A stretch of DNA of 64,000 nt from Candidatus Avispirillum faecium (GCA_904396155.1 CAJFOI010000004.1:6485-70484), one strand, 5' to 3'; counted from the first letter of the stretch, positions 27,629 through 39,650 are shown. Translations and numbers: made by a program. The notes: generated from the sequence alone by a model not told the origin.

Positions 27629-27796
27629 AATATACTCCCTCATATGCATTTGATTATTTGACAGTATAACACAAGAGCATTTTTTTCGCAAGTAAGGCAG
27701 ATGCACATGATTTTCAGAAAGTTAATAATCTTGTCCAGAATCAGCAATACATGCACATTAAAATATATTCTAATCAAATGTATCGTGAGGTATCCT

Positions 27797-28219
27797 ATGA
27801 GCTTTCGTGAGCGTATCGCCCGCTTCTTTTCCGGCCGCTACGGCATTGACGGCCTGTATTACGGGCTTCTTGCGGCATTTCTGATCCTTTGGATTCTGCG
27901 GGTGATCCTTGCAGACTTTTCAGTCGCTGGAATATTGATCTATATTCTGGAGACAGTGCTGCTTTTTTGGATGCTGTACCGGTGTCTGTCCAGGAACATC
28001 GCCGCACGCCGGCGGGAAAACGAAAGATTCCTCTCCTTTTTCAAAGGAATCAAAAACTTTTTCATACTGCAGAAAAACAAGATCCGGGATTGGAAGCATT
28101 ACCGTTACAAAAAATGTCCTTACTGTAGAGCAGTGCTCCGCCTGCCCAAAAGAAAAGGGACGCATTCGGTGATCTGCCCCCGCTGTTCCCGGCGATTTGA
28201 CGCAACGACACGGATTTGA
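27797..28219 (+). CDS. Hypothetical membrane protein with C-terminal zinc ribbon
   Basis: GRYGID, two TM helices, CPYC..LRLPK..CPRC. Confidence 0.8.
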   Translation: MSFRERIARFFSGRYGIDGLYYGLLAAFLILWILRVILADFSVAGILIYILETVLLFWMLYRCLSRNIAARRRENERFLSFFKGIKNFFILQKNKIRDWKHYRYKKCPYCRAVLRLPKRKGTHSVICPRCSRRFDATTRI

Positions 28220-28234
28220 GGTGAAAAGCAAAAT

Positions 28235-28723
28235 ATGGAAAATCACACGCGACACGGCGGAACGCTTCAGCTGGAAGTAGTCACCAGTTTTATTCAGGCA
28301 CGGATTTCCTTTGAGCGGATCATGACGCCCATCACACAGCAATTTGGGCTCACCCCTCTTTCCGCCATCACACTCAACCTGATTGCGCATCAGAAAAACC
28401 CCACCGTAAGCACAGTGTTTAGAACACTGGATCTCAATCAGGGAAATGTCTCCTCCATGTGTAAAAAACTGGAACTGGAAGGCTTCATCCTGCGGCAGCG
28501 CTGCAAGACGGATGAACGAAGCGTAGTGCTGGAAATTACAAAAAGAGGGCAAAGCGCTTTGGACGGAATTGAACACACCCTGCGGGAATATTTTGAAAAC
28601 GAGCAAATCGTCTCCCAAAAGGATTTTTCCAAAGCCGTCGCCGGGATCGAGGCACTGCAGCGAATCGTGGGAAATATAGAAAAACGGGTCATCAAAAAAG
28701 ACGGGGATACACAAAATGCTTGA
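28235..28723 (+). CDS. MarR family transcriptional regulator
   Basis: NVSSMCKKLELEGFILR..DERSVVLEITKRG winged helix. Confidence 0.88.
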   Translation: MENHTRHGGTLQLEVVTSFIQARISFERIMTPITQQFGLTPLSAITLNLIAHQKNPTVSTVFRTLDLNQGNVSSMCKKLELEGFILRQRCKTDERSVVLEITKRGQSALDGIEHTLREYFENEQIVSQKDFSKAVAGIEALQRIVGNIEKRVIKKDGDTQNA

Positions 28724-31688
28724 ACTGAAGAATATAACAAAAACGTATACTACCGGAGACATTCAAACCACCGCATTGGATCAGGTAAGCCTGTCCTTCG
28801 GCAGCAATGAATTTGTGGCGATCCTGGGCGCCAGCGGATCCGGAAAGACTACGCTGCTTAACATCATTGGAGGACTGGACCGGTATGACGCGGGGGATCT
28901 GATCATAAACGGTACCTCCACCAAGGAATACAAAGACCGCAGCTGGGACTCCTACCGCAATCATTCCGTAGGATTTGTCTTTCAAAGCTACAATCTGATC
29001 CCCCATCAGTCGGTACTGTCCAATGTAGAACTGGCGCTCACCCTTTCCGGCGTCTCCAAGGGAGAACGGCGCAGGCGGGCGAAAGAAGCTCTCTGCCAGG
29101 TAGGACTTGCCGATCAGCTCCATAAAAAGCCCTCCCAGATGTCCGGAGGCCAGATGCAGCGGGTAGCAATTGCAAGGGCGTTGGTCAATGATCCGGAAAT
29201 CATCCTTGCCGACGAACCCACCGGTGCGCTGGACACAGAAACCAGCGTGCAGATCATGGAACTGCTCCGGCAGGCGGCACAGAACAGACTGGTAATCATG
29301 GTCACCCACAACCCGGAGCTGGCGCAGACCTATGCCACGCGGATCGTACGGCTGCAGGACGGAAAGATTTTGTCCGATACGCCCAATGCCGCCGGCATGG
29401 AAGGCATCCGGGCCAAAAAGACGCCGGAAGAACCCAAAAAGGAGAAGGAAAAACGGCCAGGAAAAACCTCCATGTCCTTTTTCACAGCGCTGTCTCTGTC
29501 TCTCAACAACCTGATGACCAAAAAGGCGCGGACGATCCTCACCTCTTTTGCCGGTTCCATCGGCATCATCGGTATTGCGCTGATCTTGTCCCTTTCCAAC
29601 GGAATTCAGCTTTACATTGACCAGGTGCAGGAGGACACACTGTCCGGTTATCCCGTATCCATCCAGGCGGAAAACATGGATCTGGAAGAAATGCTCACCG
29701 CTTTCATGGGCTCCGAAGAAGTAGAATACAACGATGACAAGGTACATGCTTCTTCTCAGATGCAGGAGATGTTCAATGCGCTGGCGTCTGTAGATTCAAC
29801 CACCAACAACCTGACAGATTTTAAGGTGTTTTTGGACAACAGCGAAGAAATAAAGGAATATACCAGCGCCGTACAGTACGGATACGGACTGGATCTTCTC
29901 ATTTACGGCTACGATGTGGCGGGAAATTTCATTACTGTAAATCCCTCCACTGTTATGACAACCATGCAAAGCGCCATGGGAATCTCCTATGACGAAGAGA
30001 CGCTGTCCTCCTCTCCCTATTCCCAGTACACTACACAGGGGATGCGCGTGTGGTCGGAGATCATGCCGGGGGCAAGCGGAGAATCCGTCAACGATGTGGT
30101 AAAAGACCAGTATGACCTGCTGGCGGGCTCCTGGCCGGACAATTACGACGAAGTCGTGCTGGTCGTCAGCAAAAACAATGAGCTCAGTGACGTATATCTG
30201 TATTCCCTGGGGCTGCGGGATCAAAGCGAAATCGAGGATATCATGTCCGCAGCTATGCGGGGCGAGGCGACAGAAGTAAAAGAAGAAACCTGGGAATACG
30301 AAGACTTTCTGAATCTTTCCTTCTATGCAGTTCTTCCCTCTGACTGCTATGCGGACAGCGATAAAGACGGCGTTTGGACAGATATGCGGGAAAACGAAGA
30401 CTATATGAAAATCACGGCGGAAAACGGCATCCAGCTGCGCGTCGCCGGCGTTGTCCGACCAAATGAAGATGCAGCCGCCACTTCCATTCACGGCGCCATC
30501 GGCTACACTTCTGATCTGACACGGTATATAATCGAAAAAACCAATGAAAGCGCCATTGTACAGCAGCAAAAATCCGATGCGGCGACCGACGTATTTACGG
30601 GACTTCCCTTTGACGACGGCAGCACACAGGAGCCCGACACAGAGGAAAAAGCCCAGGCGTTTTTGGATTACGCCGCCGCGCTATCCCCGGAAGAAAAGGC
30701 TGCGCTGTATAAGCAGATCTCCACTGAAATCCCCGCAGAGACGCTGGAACAGATGACAGAAGAAGCAATGGCTGCCTATCCGGATCGCGCTTCCATGGAG
30801 GAAGTTGTCATAGAGGAATACAAATCGACCTCCGGCGCAGACGAAGAGACTGTGCGCAGCTACATCGACAAAATGACCGACGAAGAGATCAAAGAACTGG
30901 TGCGAAACGGGATTGCAGAAATGGCTGCCCGGCAGTATGCGGAAAAAGCCGAGGCGTCTCTCGCCGGCTATACTACAGAACAAATGGCCGCCGCACTGGA
31001 CGGGCTTCTCGCCGCAGCCGACACCCAGCAGGTAGCTGCGCTGTACGACGGGCACATGCCTCCTTCCCTGTCGGAATCCACCTATGACGAAAACATGGCA
31101 AAACTCAGCGCGGTGGATCTGCAAACACCGACTTCTATCAACATCTACGCCTCCAGCTTCGAAGCAAAAGACCAGATCGCAAAACTCATCGACGATTACA
31201 ACAGCGGCGTAGAAGAAAAGGACAAAATCGCCTATACAGACTATGTGGCAATCCTCATGTCTTCCATCACGACCATCATCCACGCAATTTCCTATGTATT
31301 GATCGCATTTGTCTCCATCTCCCTGGTAGTTTCTTCGATCATGATCGGCATTATCACATACATTTCCGTATTGGAACGGACAAAAGAAATCGGCATTCTC
31401 CGCTCCATCGGCGCATCCAAACACGATGTATCCCGGGTATTCAATGCAGAGACCCTGATCGTAGGGCTTGCAGCCGGACTGATCGGAATTGGGCTGACCG
31501 TCCTGCTGTGCATCCCCGCAAGCATCATCATCGAACATTTTACACAAATCCCTAACATGGCTGTATTGCCCTGGCAGGCGGGGATCATCCTGGTGGCCAT
31601 CAGCATGATCCTCACCCTCATATCGGGTCTCATCCCCTCCAAGCTGGCCGCGAAAAAAGATCCGGTAGAAGCACTGCGCAGCGAGTAA
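28716..31688 (+). CDS. MacB-like ABC transporter, fused ATPase/permease
   Basis: [24 protein letters not shown]; FtsX-like C-terminus [26 protein letters not shown]. Confidence 0.93.
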   Translation: MLELKNITKTYTTGDIQTTALDQVSLSFGSNEFVAILGASGSGKTTLLNIIGGLDRYDAGDLIINGTSTKEYKDRSWDSYRNHSVGFVFQSYNLIPHQSVLSNVELALTLSGVSKGERRRRAKEALCQVGLADQLHKKPSQMSGGQMQRVAIARALVNDPEIILADEPTGALDTETSVQIMELLRQAAQNRLVIMVTHNPELAQTYATRIVRLQDGKILSDTPNAAGMEGIRAKKTPEEPKKEKEKRPGKTSMSFFTALSLSLNNLMTKKARTILTSFAGSIGIIGIALILSLSNGIQLYIDQVQEDTLSGYPVSIQAENMDLEEMLTAFMGSEEVEYNDDKVHASSQMQEMFNALASVDSTTNNLTDFKVFLDNSEEIKEYTSAVQYGYGLDLLIYGYDVAGNFITVNPSTVMTTMQSAMGISYDEETLSSSPYSQYTTQGMRVWSEIMPGASGESVNDVVKDQYDLLAGSWPDNYDEVVLVVSKNNELSDVYLYSLGLRDQSEIEDIMSAAMRGEATEVKEETWEYEDFLNLSFYAVLPSDCYADSDKDGVWTDMRENEDYMKITAENGIQLRVAGVVRPNEDAAATSIHGAIGYTSDLTRYIIEKTNESAIVQQQKSDAATDVFTGLPFDDGSTQEPDTEEKAQAFLDYAAALSPEEKAALYKQISTEIPAETLEQMTEEAMAAYPDRASMEEVVIEEYKSTSGADEETVRSYIDKMTDEEIKELVRNGIAEMAARQYAEKAEASLAGYTTEQMAAALDGLLAAADTQQVAALYDGHMPPSLSESTYDENMAKLSAVDLQTPTSINIYASSFEAKDQIAKLIDDYNSGVEEKDKIAYTDYVAILMSSITTIIHAISYVLIAFVSISLVVSSIMIGIITYISVLERTKEIGILRSIGASKHDVSRVFNAETLIVGLAAGLIGIGLTVLLCIPASIIIEHFTQIPNMAVLPWQAGIILVAISMILTLISGLIPSKLAAKKDPVEALRSE

Positions 31689-31695
31689 GAAAAGA

Positions 31696-31755
31696 TTTAT
31701 ACAACTCCTCCGCCGCTAAAGCGGCACCTCCCCTTACACAGGGGAGGCTTTTTTT
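31696..31755. repeat. REP-like palindromic repeat, type A (also acts as a terminator)
   Basis: ACAACTCCTCC-GCCGC-TAAA-GCGGC-ACCTCCCCT-TACAC-AGGGGAGGC followed by a T-run; similar to the reverse complement of 47949-48003. Confidence 0.7.
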
Positions 31756-31840
31756 ACAAAAAGCACCTTTGGAGGAAACCGCCAACTTCCGGGATTGAAA
31801 TTCAGAAAAGGCCCATTGTTTGTGGAGAGGTCTGAAAAAA

Positions 31841-31887
31841 TAAAAGGCCCCCTTGTGGGGAGTTGCGCAGCAACTCCCCACAAGGGG
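31841..31887. repeat. REP-like palindromic repeat, type B (18-bp perfect stem)
   Basis: CCCCTTGTGGGGAGTTGC-GCA-GCAACTCCCCACAAGGGG; similar to the reverse complement of 47901-47938. Confidence 0.75.
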
Positions 31888-31906
31888 ACATGGGGGATTA
31901 TTTCTC

Positions 31907-33301
31907 TCAATACGGAGCGCTGCCGGCCGTTCTGGGATAGGGGATCACATCCCGAATGTTGGAAATGCCTGTCAGATACATCACCATCCGTTCAAATCCC
32001 AATCCAAAACCGGCATGACGGGTGCTGCCCCAGCGCCGGAGATTTACATACCAGTCATAATCCGCCTCCCGCAGTCCGCATTCCTTCATGCGGGCAAGAA
32101 GTACCTCCAACCGTTCTTCCCGCTGGCTTCCACCGATGATCTCTCCCACTCCGGGTACCAGAAGATCCATTGCGGCAACAGTTTTCCCATCGTCGTTGAG
32201 ACGCATGTAAAAGGACTTGATCTCCCTTGGATAGTCCGTCACGAACACCGGCCCGTGAAAGATTTCTTCTGTCAGATACCGCTCATGCTCCGTCTGGAGA
32301 TCCCGCCCCCACGCTATGGGATACTGAAAAGCGCGGCCGCTCTTCTCCAAAAGCTCCACCGCCTGTGTATATGTCACCTGGCGGCACGCACTGCCGGCCA
32401 GTGCCTCCAACCGCTGCAGCAGGCCTTGGTCTGTAAACCGATTCAAAAAAGAAAGTTCAGCGGAACACTGCTGCAAGACATGCCGGAGAATGTGCTGCAC
32501 CATGTCCCAGGCAAGGGCCATATCATCGGACAAATCCGCGAAGGCGATTTCCGGCTCGATCATCCAAAACTCCGCCGCGTGGCGCGCAGTGTTGGAATTT
32601 TCCGCACGGAAAGTGGGCCCGAAGGTATAAATCTTTCCAAAAGCCTGGGCAAAAGTCTCCCCTTCTAACTGGCCGGACACCGTCAGATTTGTACCGATGC
32701 CGAAAAAGTCCCGGCTCCAGTCTACCGCGCCTGTATCCAGCCGGGGCGGATCGTTGATATCCAGGGTGGTGACGCGGAACGTCTCTCCCGCACCTTCGCA
32801 GTCGCTTGCGGTAATGATGGGGGTGTGCACATATACAAATCCCCGCTCATGGAAAAACTGATGGATCGCATACGCCGCCTCGCTGCGTACCCGAAAGACT
32901 GCGGAAAACAAATTGGTCCTGGGACGCAGATATGCGATCTGGCGCAAAAATTCTGCCGAATGGCGTTTCTTCTGCAGCGGATAATCCGTTCCGCTGGCGC
33001 CCTCCAGCTGAACAAGGGCAGCATGGATCTCCAGCGGCTGTTTGGCATCGGGTGTGAGAAGCACCTTTCCCTTTACAATTACCGCAGCGCCCACCTGGTA
33101 GTGCACAACCGTATCATATTCCGGCAAAAGCTCCCGCTCCAAGACGATCTGTACTCCCTGAAAACAGCTGCCGTCGTTTACATCCATAAACGCAAAGGCC
33201 CTGGAATCCCGCAGGCTGCGCACCCATCCTCCGAGGGTTACTTCTCTGTCGGCATACACTTCCGGTGCCGCTAAGATATCCCGTATCACGTCCCGCTTCA
33301 C
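31907..33301 (-). CDS. asnS: Asparagine--tRNA ligase
   Basis: OB fold [42 protein letters not shown]. Confidence 0.97.
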   Translation of the reverse strand: MKRDVIRDILAAPEVYADREVTLGGWVRSLRDSRAFAFMDVNDGSCFQGVQIVLERELLPEYDTVVHYQVGAAVIVKGKVLLTPDAKQPLEIHAALVQLEGASGTDYPLQKKRHSAEFLRQIAYLRPRTNLFSAVFRVRSEAAYAIHQFFHERGFVYVHTPIITASDCEGAGETFRVTTLDINDPPRLDTGAVDWSRDFFGIGTNLTVSGQLEGETFAQAFGKIYTFGPTFRAENSNTARHAAEFWMIEPEIAFADLSDDMALAWDMVQHILRHVLQQCSAELSFLNRFTDQGLLQRLEALAGSACRQVTYTQAVELLEKSGRAFQYPIAWGRDLQTEHERYLTEEIFHGPVFVTDYPREIKSFYMRLNDDGKTVAAMDLLVPGVGEIIGGSQREERLEVLLARMKECGLREADYDWYVNLRRWGSTRHAGFGLGFERMVMYLTGISNIRDVIPYPRTAGSAPY

Positions 33302-33372
33302 TGCTGCTCATCCTTTCAAGGTTGCCTAAAATTGCAAGCGCCTCAGGAGCTTATGAGGCGCTTTACATGGAA

Positions 33373-36300
33373 TTACTGATAGTATTCTACAAATGCATCA
33401 AACAAATGCATGTCATAGTCGCCCGGCACATTTTTGTAAAGGCCGCTGCCGATACGCTCGCTGTGCCCCATTTTCCCCAGCACACGGCCGTCGGGCGAGG
33501 TAATCCCTTCAATGGCACACACAGAACCGTTGGGGTTTTCCGGTGTCCGCGCCGCCGGATTCCCGGAGAGATCCACATACTGTGTGGCGATCTGTCCGTT
33601 TTCCGCAAGGCGGCGGACCCAATCCTCCGACGCCACAAATCGGCCTTCTCCGTGGGAGATGGGAATCGTATGGATGTCCCCAACCTGCACCTTCATGAGC
33701 CAGGGGGACTTGTTGGATGCGATCCGGGTATGCACCAGCATGGATTGGTGCCGACCGATGGTATTGTAGGTCAGCGTAGGACAGGTGTCGTCCGGATCTA
33801 TGATTTTGCCGAAAGGTACCAGTCCCAGTTTGATCAGCGCCTGGAATCCGTTGCAGATCCCCAGCATCAGTCCCTCCCGCTTCTCCAAAAGCTCGCTGAC
33901 AGCGTCCCGCACAGCGGCGCTGCGGAAAAATGCGGTGATAAACTTGCCGCTTCCGTCCGGTTCGTCCCCGCCGGAGAACCCGCCGGGAATAAAGATACCC
34001 TGCGCCTGGCGCACCGCATCGGCAAAGCTGCGCACAGATTCTGCAATTCCCTGGGCGCTGCGGTTGTTGATCACCATCACCCGAGCGGTCCCGCCGGCGC
34101 GCTCCACCGCCTTTGCGGATTCATATTCGCAGTTTGTACCTGGAAATACCGGAATCAGCATGGTAGGCCTTGCCGCAGATGCGGCAGGTTTCTTCCACGT
34201 CTTCACCGGATTCTGGAATACGGGAGCTTGTTTTTCAGAATGCCCTGCCTCTCTCGGAAAAACTTCTTCCAGACGACTGTCGTACCGTTTTGTAAGTGCC
34301 TCCAATGCTACCGTCTCTCCCGCAAAGGTGATACACATCTCCTCTGTGGTCTGCCCCAAAACAGACGCAAAGGGGATCTCCGCACCGTCGTCTGCAAGCT
34401 CTATGATAAAGGAACCGTACCGGTAGGCAAACAATTCCTCCAGAGAGACATCCGCAGCATAGGTAAATCCGATTCCGTTGCCGATCGCCATTTTGAATAC
34501 AGCCTCCGCGGCACCGCCGAAGCCCGGCGTATATGCGCTGCGGATACGCCCATTTTCTGCAAGTGCAGAAACCGTGTCAAAAATCTGCAATACGTCCTGC
34601 GGACAGGGCATTCCCTTCTCATTGTACCTGGGACGCAGCCACAATACCCTGCTACCGGCGCGCTTAAACTCCGGAGACAGAATATTGCCGATCGTCCCGG
34701 TCGTCACCGCAAAAGAAATCAGCGTAGGCGGTACATCCATATGCTCAAAAGTGCCGCTCATAGAGTCTTTTCCGCCAATGGAGGCAACGGAATAATCCAG
34801 CTGGGCCCGCAAAGCGCCAAGCAACGCCGCAAACGGCTTGCCCCACCGCCGCCCGTCACGGCCGGGCTTCTCAAAATATTCCTGGAAGGAAAGGTATACG
34901 TCCCGAAAAGATGCCCCTGTAGCAATCAGCTTGGATATGGATTCCACCACCGCCAGGTATGCACCGGATGCAGGATCCTTCTCCAAAATATAAGGGTTGC
35001 CGCCCCAGGCCATCAGAGAGCAGGTATCCATGTCCCCGTGCTCCAGAGAAATCTTGTTGACCATCGCCTGGATAGGTGTGCGCTGATATTTGCCGCCGAA
35101 GGGCATCAAAACAGTCCCTGCACCCACCGTAGAATCAAAGCGCTCCGACAGCCCCTGCTTGGAACACACATTCAAATCCTGTACCAGCGCTGCCATACCG
35201 GACGCAAAGTCTGCAGGCACATCTTTTGCAAATGCCGAAGGCGCAGCAGGCGCCACGTCGATATGCTTGGGCGCACCGTTGGAATTTAAGAATTCCCGAG
35301 AGAGATCCACAATCCGTCTGCCGTTCCAGCGCATGGTGAGACGCGGCTCTGCCTGCACTGTCGCCACGACGGTCGCCTCCAGATTTTCCGCTTCTGCAAG
35401 AGCGATAAAACGATCCACATCCCGGGGACCCACGACAACCGCCATCCGTTCCTGAGATTCGGAAATGGCCAGTTCCGTACCGTCCAGTCCCTCATACTTC
35501 TTTGGAACCGCATTCAAATCGATGTCCAGTCCGTCCGCAAGCTCGCCGATGGCGACGGAAACACCGCCGGCACCGAAATCATTGCAGCGTTTGATCATGC
35601 GGGAAGCTTCCGCACCCCGGAACAGGCGCTGGAGTTTGCGCTCCTCGGGAGCATTTCCCTTCTGTACCTCCGCCCCGCAGGTCTCCAGAGAACGAATCGT
35701 ATGGGACTTTGAGGATCCGGTAGCTCCACCGCAGCCGTCTCGTCCGGTGCGCCCGCCCAGCAGGATCACTGCGTCCCCGGGAGCAGGCCGCTCCCTGCGC
35801 ACATTCTTTGCCGGTGCGGCCGCAACCACCGCACCGATCTCCATACGCTTCGCGGCATATCCGTTGTGATAGATTTCATCCACCTGCCCGGTGGCAAGGC
35901 CGATCTGATTGCCATAACTGGAATATCCCGCAGCAGCAGTGGTGACGATCTTTTTCTGGGGAAGCTTGCCGGGAATGGTGTCCGCAACCGGGCGGGTGGG
36001 ATCTGCCGCACCGGTGACGCGCATCGCCGCATACACATAAGAGCGACCGGACAGAGGATCCCGGATGGCGCCCCCAATACAGGTCGCCGCACCACCGAAG
36101 GGCTCTATCTCCGTAGGATGGTTATGTGTCTCGTTTTTGAAGAGCAGGAGAAAGTCCTCTTCCCCTTTGTCTGTATGCACCTTGATTTTGACTGTACATG
36201 CGTTGATCTCTTCGCTCTCATCCAGACCCGGCAGTTTCCCCTGCGCCTTCAGATATCGGGTCGCCACGGTAGCGATGTCCATCAGGCAAATGGGCTTGGT

Positions 36301-37074
36301 GCGGCCAAGGTTTCGGCGCACCTCCAGATAGTCCTGATACAGCGCCTCCAGCGCAGCGTCTTCAAAAGTCACATGGTCGATTTCCGTGAGAAAGGTCGTG
36401 TGCCGGCAGTGGTCAGACCAATACGTGTCAATCATACGAATTTCCGTAATGGTGGGATCCCGCCGCTCCCCGGCAAAATAGTCCCGGCAGAAACGGATGT
36501 CGTCCAGATCCATGGCGAGACCATATTTTTCGACAAATGCCGCAAGTTCTGTATCCTGCAAGGCGGTGAATCCGGCAAGGATTTCCACTTCTTCCGGCAC
36601 AGCATAGGCAGCCTCCAGCGTGGAAACCGGTTCCAGCGATGCCTCCCTGCTTTCCACCGGATTGATGAGGTACTGCTTCAGCGCCTGTACGTCCGCCTCC
36701 GTCAGAGGCCCTTCCAGAACATACACCTTTGCAGTGCGCACCAGGGGCTTTTCTCCCTGGGAGATGATCTGCACACACTGGGCCGCCGAATCGGCCCGCT
36801 GATCAAACTGCCCCGGCAGATACTCCACCGCAAACACCGTGCTGCCCGCCGGCGCTGTAACTTCTTCCGTGACAATGTCCAGCTGCGGTTCCGCAAACAC
36901 CGTATACCTGCACGCCGCAAACAGCTCCGGGGATATATTTTCCACATCGTACCGGTTCAGAATACGCACGCCTGTCAGATTTTCGACCCCCAAAAATCCC
37001 TGGGCGTCTGACAAAAGGGCTGCACTTTCCACAGCGACTTCCTTTTTCTTTTCTACATAAATCCTGAATACCAT
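33373..37074 (-). CDS. purL: FGAM synthase, large fused form
   Basis: WSDHCRH, ETHNHPT, DFGAGG, GGFSGGD, LGICNGFQ, MGHSER. Confidence 0.97.
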   Translation of the reverse strand: MVFRIYVEKKKEVAVESAALLSDAQGFLGVENLTGVRILNRYDVENISPELFAACRYTVFAEPQLDIVTEEVTAPAGSTVFAVEYLPGQFDQRADSAAQCVQIISQGEKPLVRTAKVYVLEGPLTEADVQALKQYLINPVESREASLEPVSTLEAAYAVPEEVEILAGFTALQDTELAAFVEKYGLAMDLDDIRFCRDYFAGERRDPTITEIRMIDTYWSDHCRHTTFLTEIDHVTFEDAALEALYQDYLEVRRNLGRTKPICLMDIATVATRYLKAQGKLPGLDESEEINACTVKIKVHTDKGEEDFLLLFKNETHNHPTEIEPFGGAATCIGGAIRDPLSGRSYVYAAMRVTGAADPTRPVADTIPGKLPQKKIVTTAAAGYSSYGNQIGLATGQVDEIYHNGYAAKRMEIGAVVAAAPAKNVRRERPAPGDAVILLGGRTGRDGCGGATGSSKSHTIRSLETCGAEVQKGNAPEERKLQRLFRGAEASRMIKRCNDFGAGGVSVAIGELADGLDIDLNAVPKKYEGLDGTELAISESQERMAVVVGPRDVDRFIALAEAENLEATVVATVQAEPRLTMRWNGRRIVDLSREFLNSNGAPKHIDVAPAAPSAFAKDVPADFASGMAALVQDLNVCSKQGLSERFDSTVGAGTVLMPFGGKYQRTPIQAMVNKISLEHGDMDTCSLMAWGGNPYILEKDPASGAYLAVVESISKLIATGASFRDVYLSFQEYFEKPGRDGRRWGKPFAALLGALRAQLDYSVASIGGKDSMSGTFEHMDVPPTLISFAVTTGTIGNILSPEFKRAGSRVLWLRPRYNEKGMPCPQDVLQIFDTVSALAENGRIRSAYTPGFGGAAEAVFKMAIGNGIGFTYAADVSLEELFAYRYGSFIIELADDGAEIPFASVLGQTTEEMCITFAGETVALEALTKRYDSRLEEVFPREAGHSEKQAPVFQNPVKTWKKPAASAARPTMLIPVFPGTNCEYESAKAVERAGGTARVMVINNRSAQGIAESVRSFADAVRQAQGIFIPGGFSGGDEPDGSGKFITAFFRSAAVRDAVSELLEKREGLMLGICNGFQALIKLGLVPFGKIIDPDDTCPTLTYNTIGRHQSMLVHTRIASNKSPWLMKVQVGDIHTIPISHGEGRFVASEDWVRRLAENGQIATQYVDLSGNPAARTPENPNGSVCAIEGITSPDGRVLGKMGHSERIGSGLYKNVPGDYDMHLFDAFVEYYQ

Positions 37075-37091
37075 CTTCTCTCCTCCGGAAT

Positions 37092-38369
37092 TTACTGTGC
37101 ACCGCAGGACAGCGCCTGCAAAGCCCTTTGTCCGATGTCCCGGCGGCAGTAAGCATTGGCAAAGGCAATTTGATCTGCCGCCGCATACGCCGCATCGATC
37201 GCTCCCTGGAGCGTAGCCGCCCGCGCGGTGACGCCCAGCACCCGTCCGCCGGCACTATAAAGCTTTCCGTCCTGCCGTCTGGCGCCGGCAAAGAACACCT
37301 GCGCTTTCAAATTGTCCGGAACGGTGATGGCAAATCCCGTTTCATATTTTCCCGGATACCCCTTGGACGCCAGAATCACACAGCACGCGCATTCCTTTGC
37401 AAAGTCCACCTGCACCTGGGAAAGGGTTCCATCGTGGACCGCTTCCATGATGGTGAGCAGATCCGTTTCCAGCAGCGGGAGCACCACCTGGGTTTCCGGA
37501 TCCCCAAACCGGCAGTTGTATTCGATCACCTTGGGCCCGTCTTTTGTCAGCATCAGCCCAAAATACAAGCAGCCCTTGAAGGGGCGTCCCTCCGCCTGCA
37601 TTGCCCGGATGGTGGGAAGGAAAATCGTCTCCATACATTCCGCTGCCACCGCCTCCGTATAATAGGGGTTGGGGGCAACGGTGCCCATTCCTCCGGTATT
37701 CAGCCCTGCGTCGCCGTCCAGCGCCCGCTTGTGATCCATGGAAGATACCATCGGCACCAGCGTCTCGCCGTCGGTAAATGCCAGCACGGACACCTCCGGG
37801 CCGGTGAGGAACTCCTCCACCACAATGGAAGCGCCGCTCTCTCCAAAGATCCGCTCCTCCATCATAGCACGCACCGTCTTCTGTGCTTCTTCGACATTTT
37901 CCACAATCACCGCACCTTTGCCCAGCGCCAGACCGTCCGCCTTAATTACAGTGGGCATGGGCGCCGTTTTGACATATTCCAGCGCCGCAGCCATATCGGT
38001 AAAGGTGCGGTATGATGCTGTGGGGATATTGTATTTTTTCATCAGGTTCTTTGAAAAAATCTTGCTGCCTTCAATGATAGCCGCCTTCTTGTCCGGTCCA
38101 AAACAGGGGATGCCCGCCCCTTCCAGACTGTCGACCGCACCGAGGACCAGCGGATCGTCCGGCGCCACCACAGCAAAATCAATATGGTTTTCCACGGCAA
38201 AGCGTGTGATGCCGTCGATGTCCTTTGCGCCGATGTCCACACACTCCGCATCTGCCGCAATGCCGCCGTTTCCGGGAAGCGCGTAGATCTTTGTCACCCG
38301 TGCGCTTTCCCGCAGCTTCTTTATGATGGCGTGCTCTCTCCCGCCGCCGCCTACTACCAAGATATTCAT
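37092..38369 (-). CDS. purD: Phosphoribosylamine--glycine ligase
   Basis: GGGGREHA, KADGLALGKG, NTGGMG, RFGDPETQ. Confidence 0.97.
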   Translation of the reverse strand: MNILVVGGGGREHAIIKKLRESARVTKIYALPGNGGIAADAECVDIGAKDIDGITRFAVENHIDFAVVAPDDPLVLGAVDSLEGAGIPCFGPDKKAAIIEGSKIFSKNLMKKYNIPTASYRTFTDMAAALEYVKTAPMPTVIKADGLALGKGAVIVENVEEAQKTVRAMMEERIFGESGASIVVEEFLTGPEVSVLAFTDGETLVPMVSSMDHKRALDGDAGLNTGGMGTVAPNPYYTEAVAAECMETIFLPTIRAMQAEGRPFKGCLYFGLMLTKDGPKVIEYNCRFGDPETQVVLPLLETDLLTIMEAVHDGTLSQVQVDFAKECACCVILASKGYPGKYETGFAITVPDNLKAQVFFAGARRQDGKLYSAGGRVLGVTARAATLQGAIDAAYAAADQIAFANAYCRRDIGQRALQALSCGAQ

Positions 38370-38455
38370 AGAAATCGGATACCCTTTCTCATATTCATCG
38401 CAAACGCAACCAACCGGACACAGGGACTGTCTGTGTCCGGTAGGAATCTGTAAAA

Positions 38456-39640
38456 TCAGTGATGGAACAAACGCATGCCGGTAAAGGCCATGGTGATCCC
38501 ATATTTGTTGCAGGCAGAGATAACAACGTCATCCCGCACACTGCCGCCGGGCTGCGCGATATAGGACACGCCGCTGCGATAGGCCCGGATGATATTGTCG
38601 TCAAAGGGGAAAAAGGCATCGCTGCCCAGTGCAACGCCCCGGATTTTTGCAAGATACTCCTTTTTCTCCTGCGCGGAAAACGCCTCCGGCCGCACAGAGA
38701 AAAACTGCTGCCACTGCCCATCCGCAAGCACGTCATCGCTTTCGTCAGAAATATACACATCGATGGTGTTGTCCCGCACAGCACGGGGCACCGACTCCAA
38801 AAACGGCAACTCCAGCACCTTGGGATGCTGACGAAGATGCCAGTTGTCCGCCTTCTGTCCGGCAAGACGGGTGCAGTGGATCCGGGACTGCTGCCCGGCG
38901 CCTACACCGATAGCCTGTCCGTCCACCGCGTAGCAGACAGAGTTGGACTGGGTATATTTCAGCGTGATGAGCGCAATGATGAGATCCCGTTTTCCTGCAT
39001 CGGGAAGCGTTTTGTTTTCTGTTACAATATTGGAAAGGAGCGCTTCGTCAATGGTAAAATTGTTTCTCCCCTGCTCAAAGGTGATCCCAAACACCTGCTT
39101 TTTTTCTTTTTCCACAGGCACGTAGCTGGGATCGATATTTACAATGTTATAGTTCCCCTTCTTTTTGGAACGCAAAAGCTCCAACGCTTCCGGCTCATAC
39201 CCGGGCGCAATGATCCCGTCGGATACCTCCCGCTTGATCAGGCGCGCCGTAGTCAAATCGCACACGTCGCTCAGCGCGATCCAGTCCCCAAAGGAGGACA
39301 TGCGGTCTGTACCTCTGGCTCTTGCGTATGCGCATGCCAGAGGAGAGTCGTCCAGTCCCTCTATATCGTCGACAAAACAAGCTTTCTTCAAAGGCACTGG
39401 CAGGGGAATTCCCACCGCTGCAGAAGTGGGACTTACATGCTTAAAGGAGGTGGCCGCAGGCATGCCCAGGGCTCCCTTGATTTCCTTCACAAGCTGCCAG
39501 CTGTTGAAGGCATCCAGGAAATTGATATATCCCGGCTTACCGTTCAAAATTTCAATGGGCAACTCACTCCCATCTTCCATATAAATTCTGGCCGGCTTTT
39601 GGTTCGGGTTGCAGCCGTATTTCAGTTCAAATTCTTTCAT
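38456..39640 (-). CDS. purH: AICAR transformylase (PurH lacking the N-terminal IMP cyclohydrolase domain)
   Basis: Begins at LKYGCNPNQ; SFKHVSP, GAGQQSR, SDAFFPF, QPGGSVRD, RLFHH. Confidence 0.92.
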   Translation of the reverse strand: MKEFELKYGCNPNQKPARIYMEDGSELPIEILNGKPGYINFLDAFNSWQLVKEIKGALGMPAATSFKHVSPTSAAVGIPLPVPLKKACFVDDIEGLDDSPLACAYARARGTDRMSSFGDWIALSDVCDLTTARLIKREVSDGIIAPGYEPEALELLRSKKKGNYNIVNIDPSYVPVEKEKKQVFGITFEQGRNNFTIDEALLSNIVTENKTLPDAGKRDLIIALITLKYTQSNSVCYAVDGQAIGVGAGQQSRIHCTRLAGQKADNWHLRQHPKVLELPFLESVPRAVRDNTIDVYISDESDDVLADGQWQQFFSVRPEAFSAQEKKEYLAKIRGVALGSDAFFPFDDNIIRAYRSGVSYIAQPGGSVRDDVVISACNKYGITMAFTGMRLFHH

Positions 39641-39650
39641 GGTTTCATCC

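Noticed and set aside
33302-33372. Possible T-box leader for asnS
   Set aside because: The gap is only about 70 bp and has no T-box consensus.
33265-35289. 674-aa plus-strand ORF and other long antisense ORFs across the pur genes
   Set aside because: They overlap unambiguous purL/purD/purH/purM/purF genes on the opposite strand and have no motifs.
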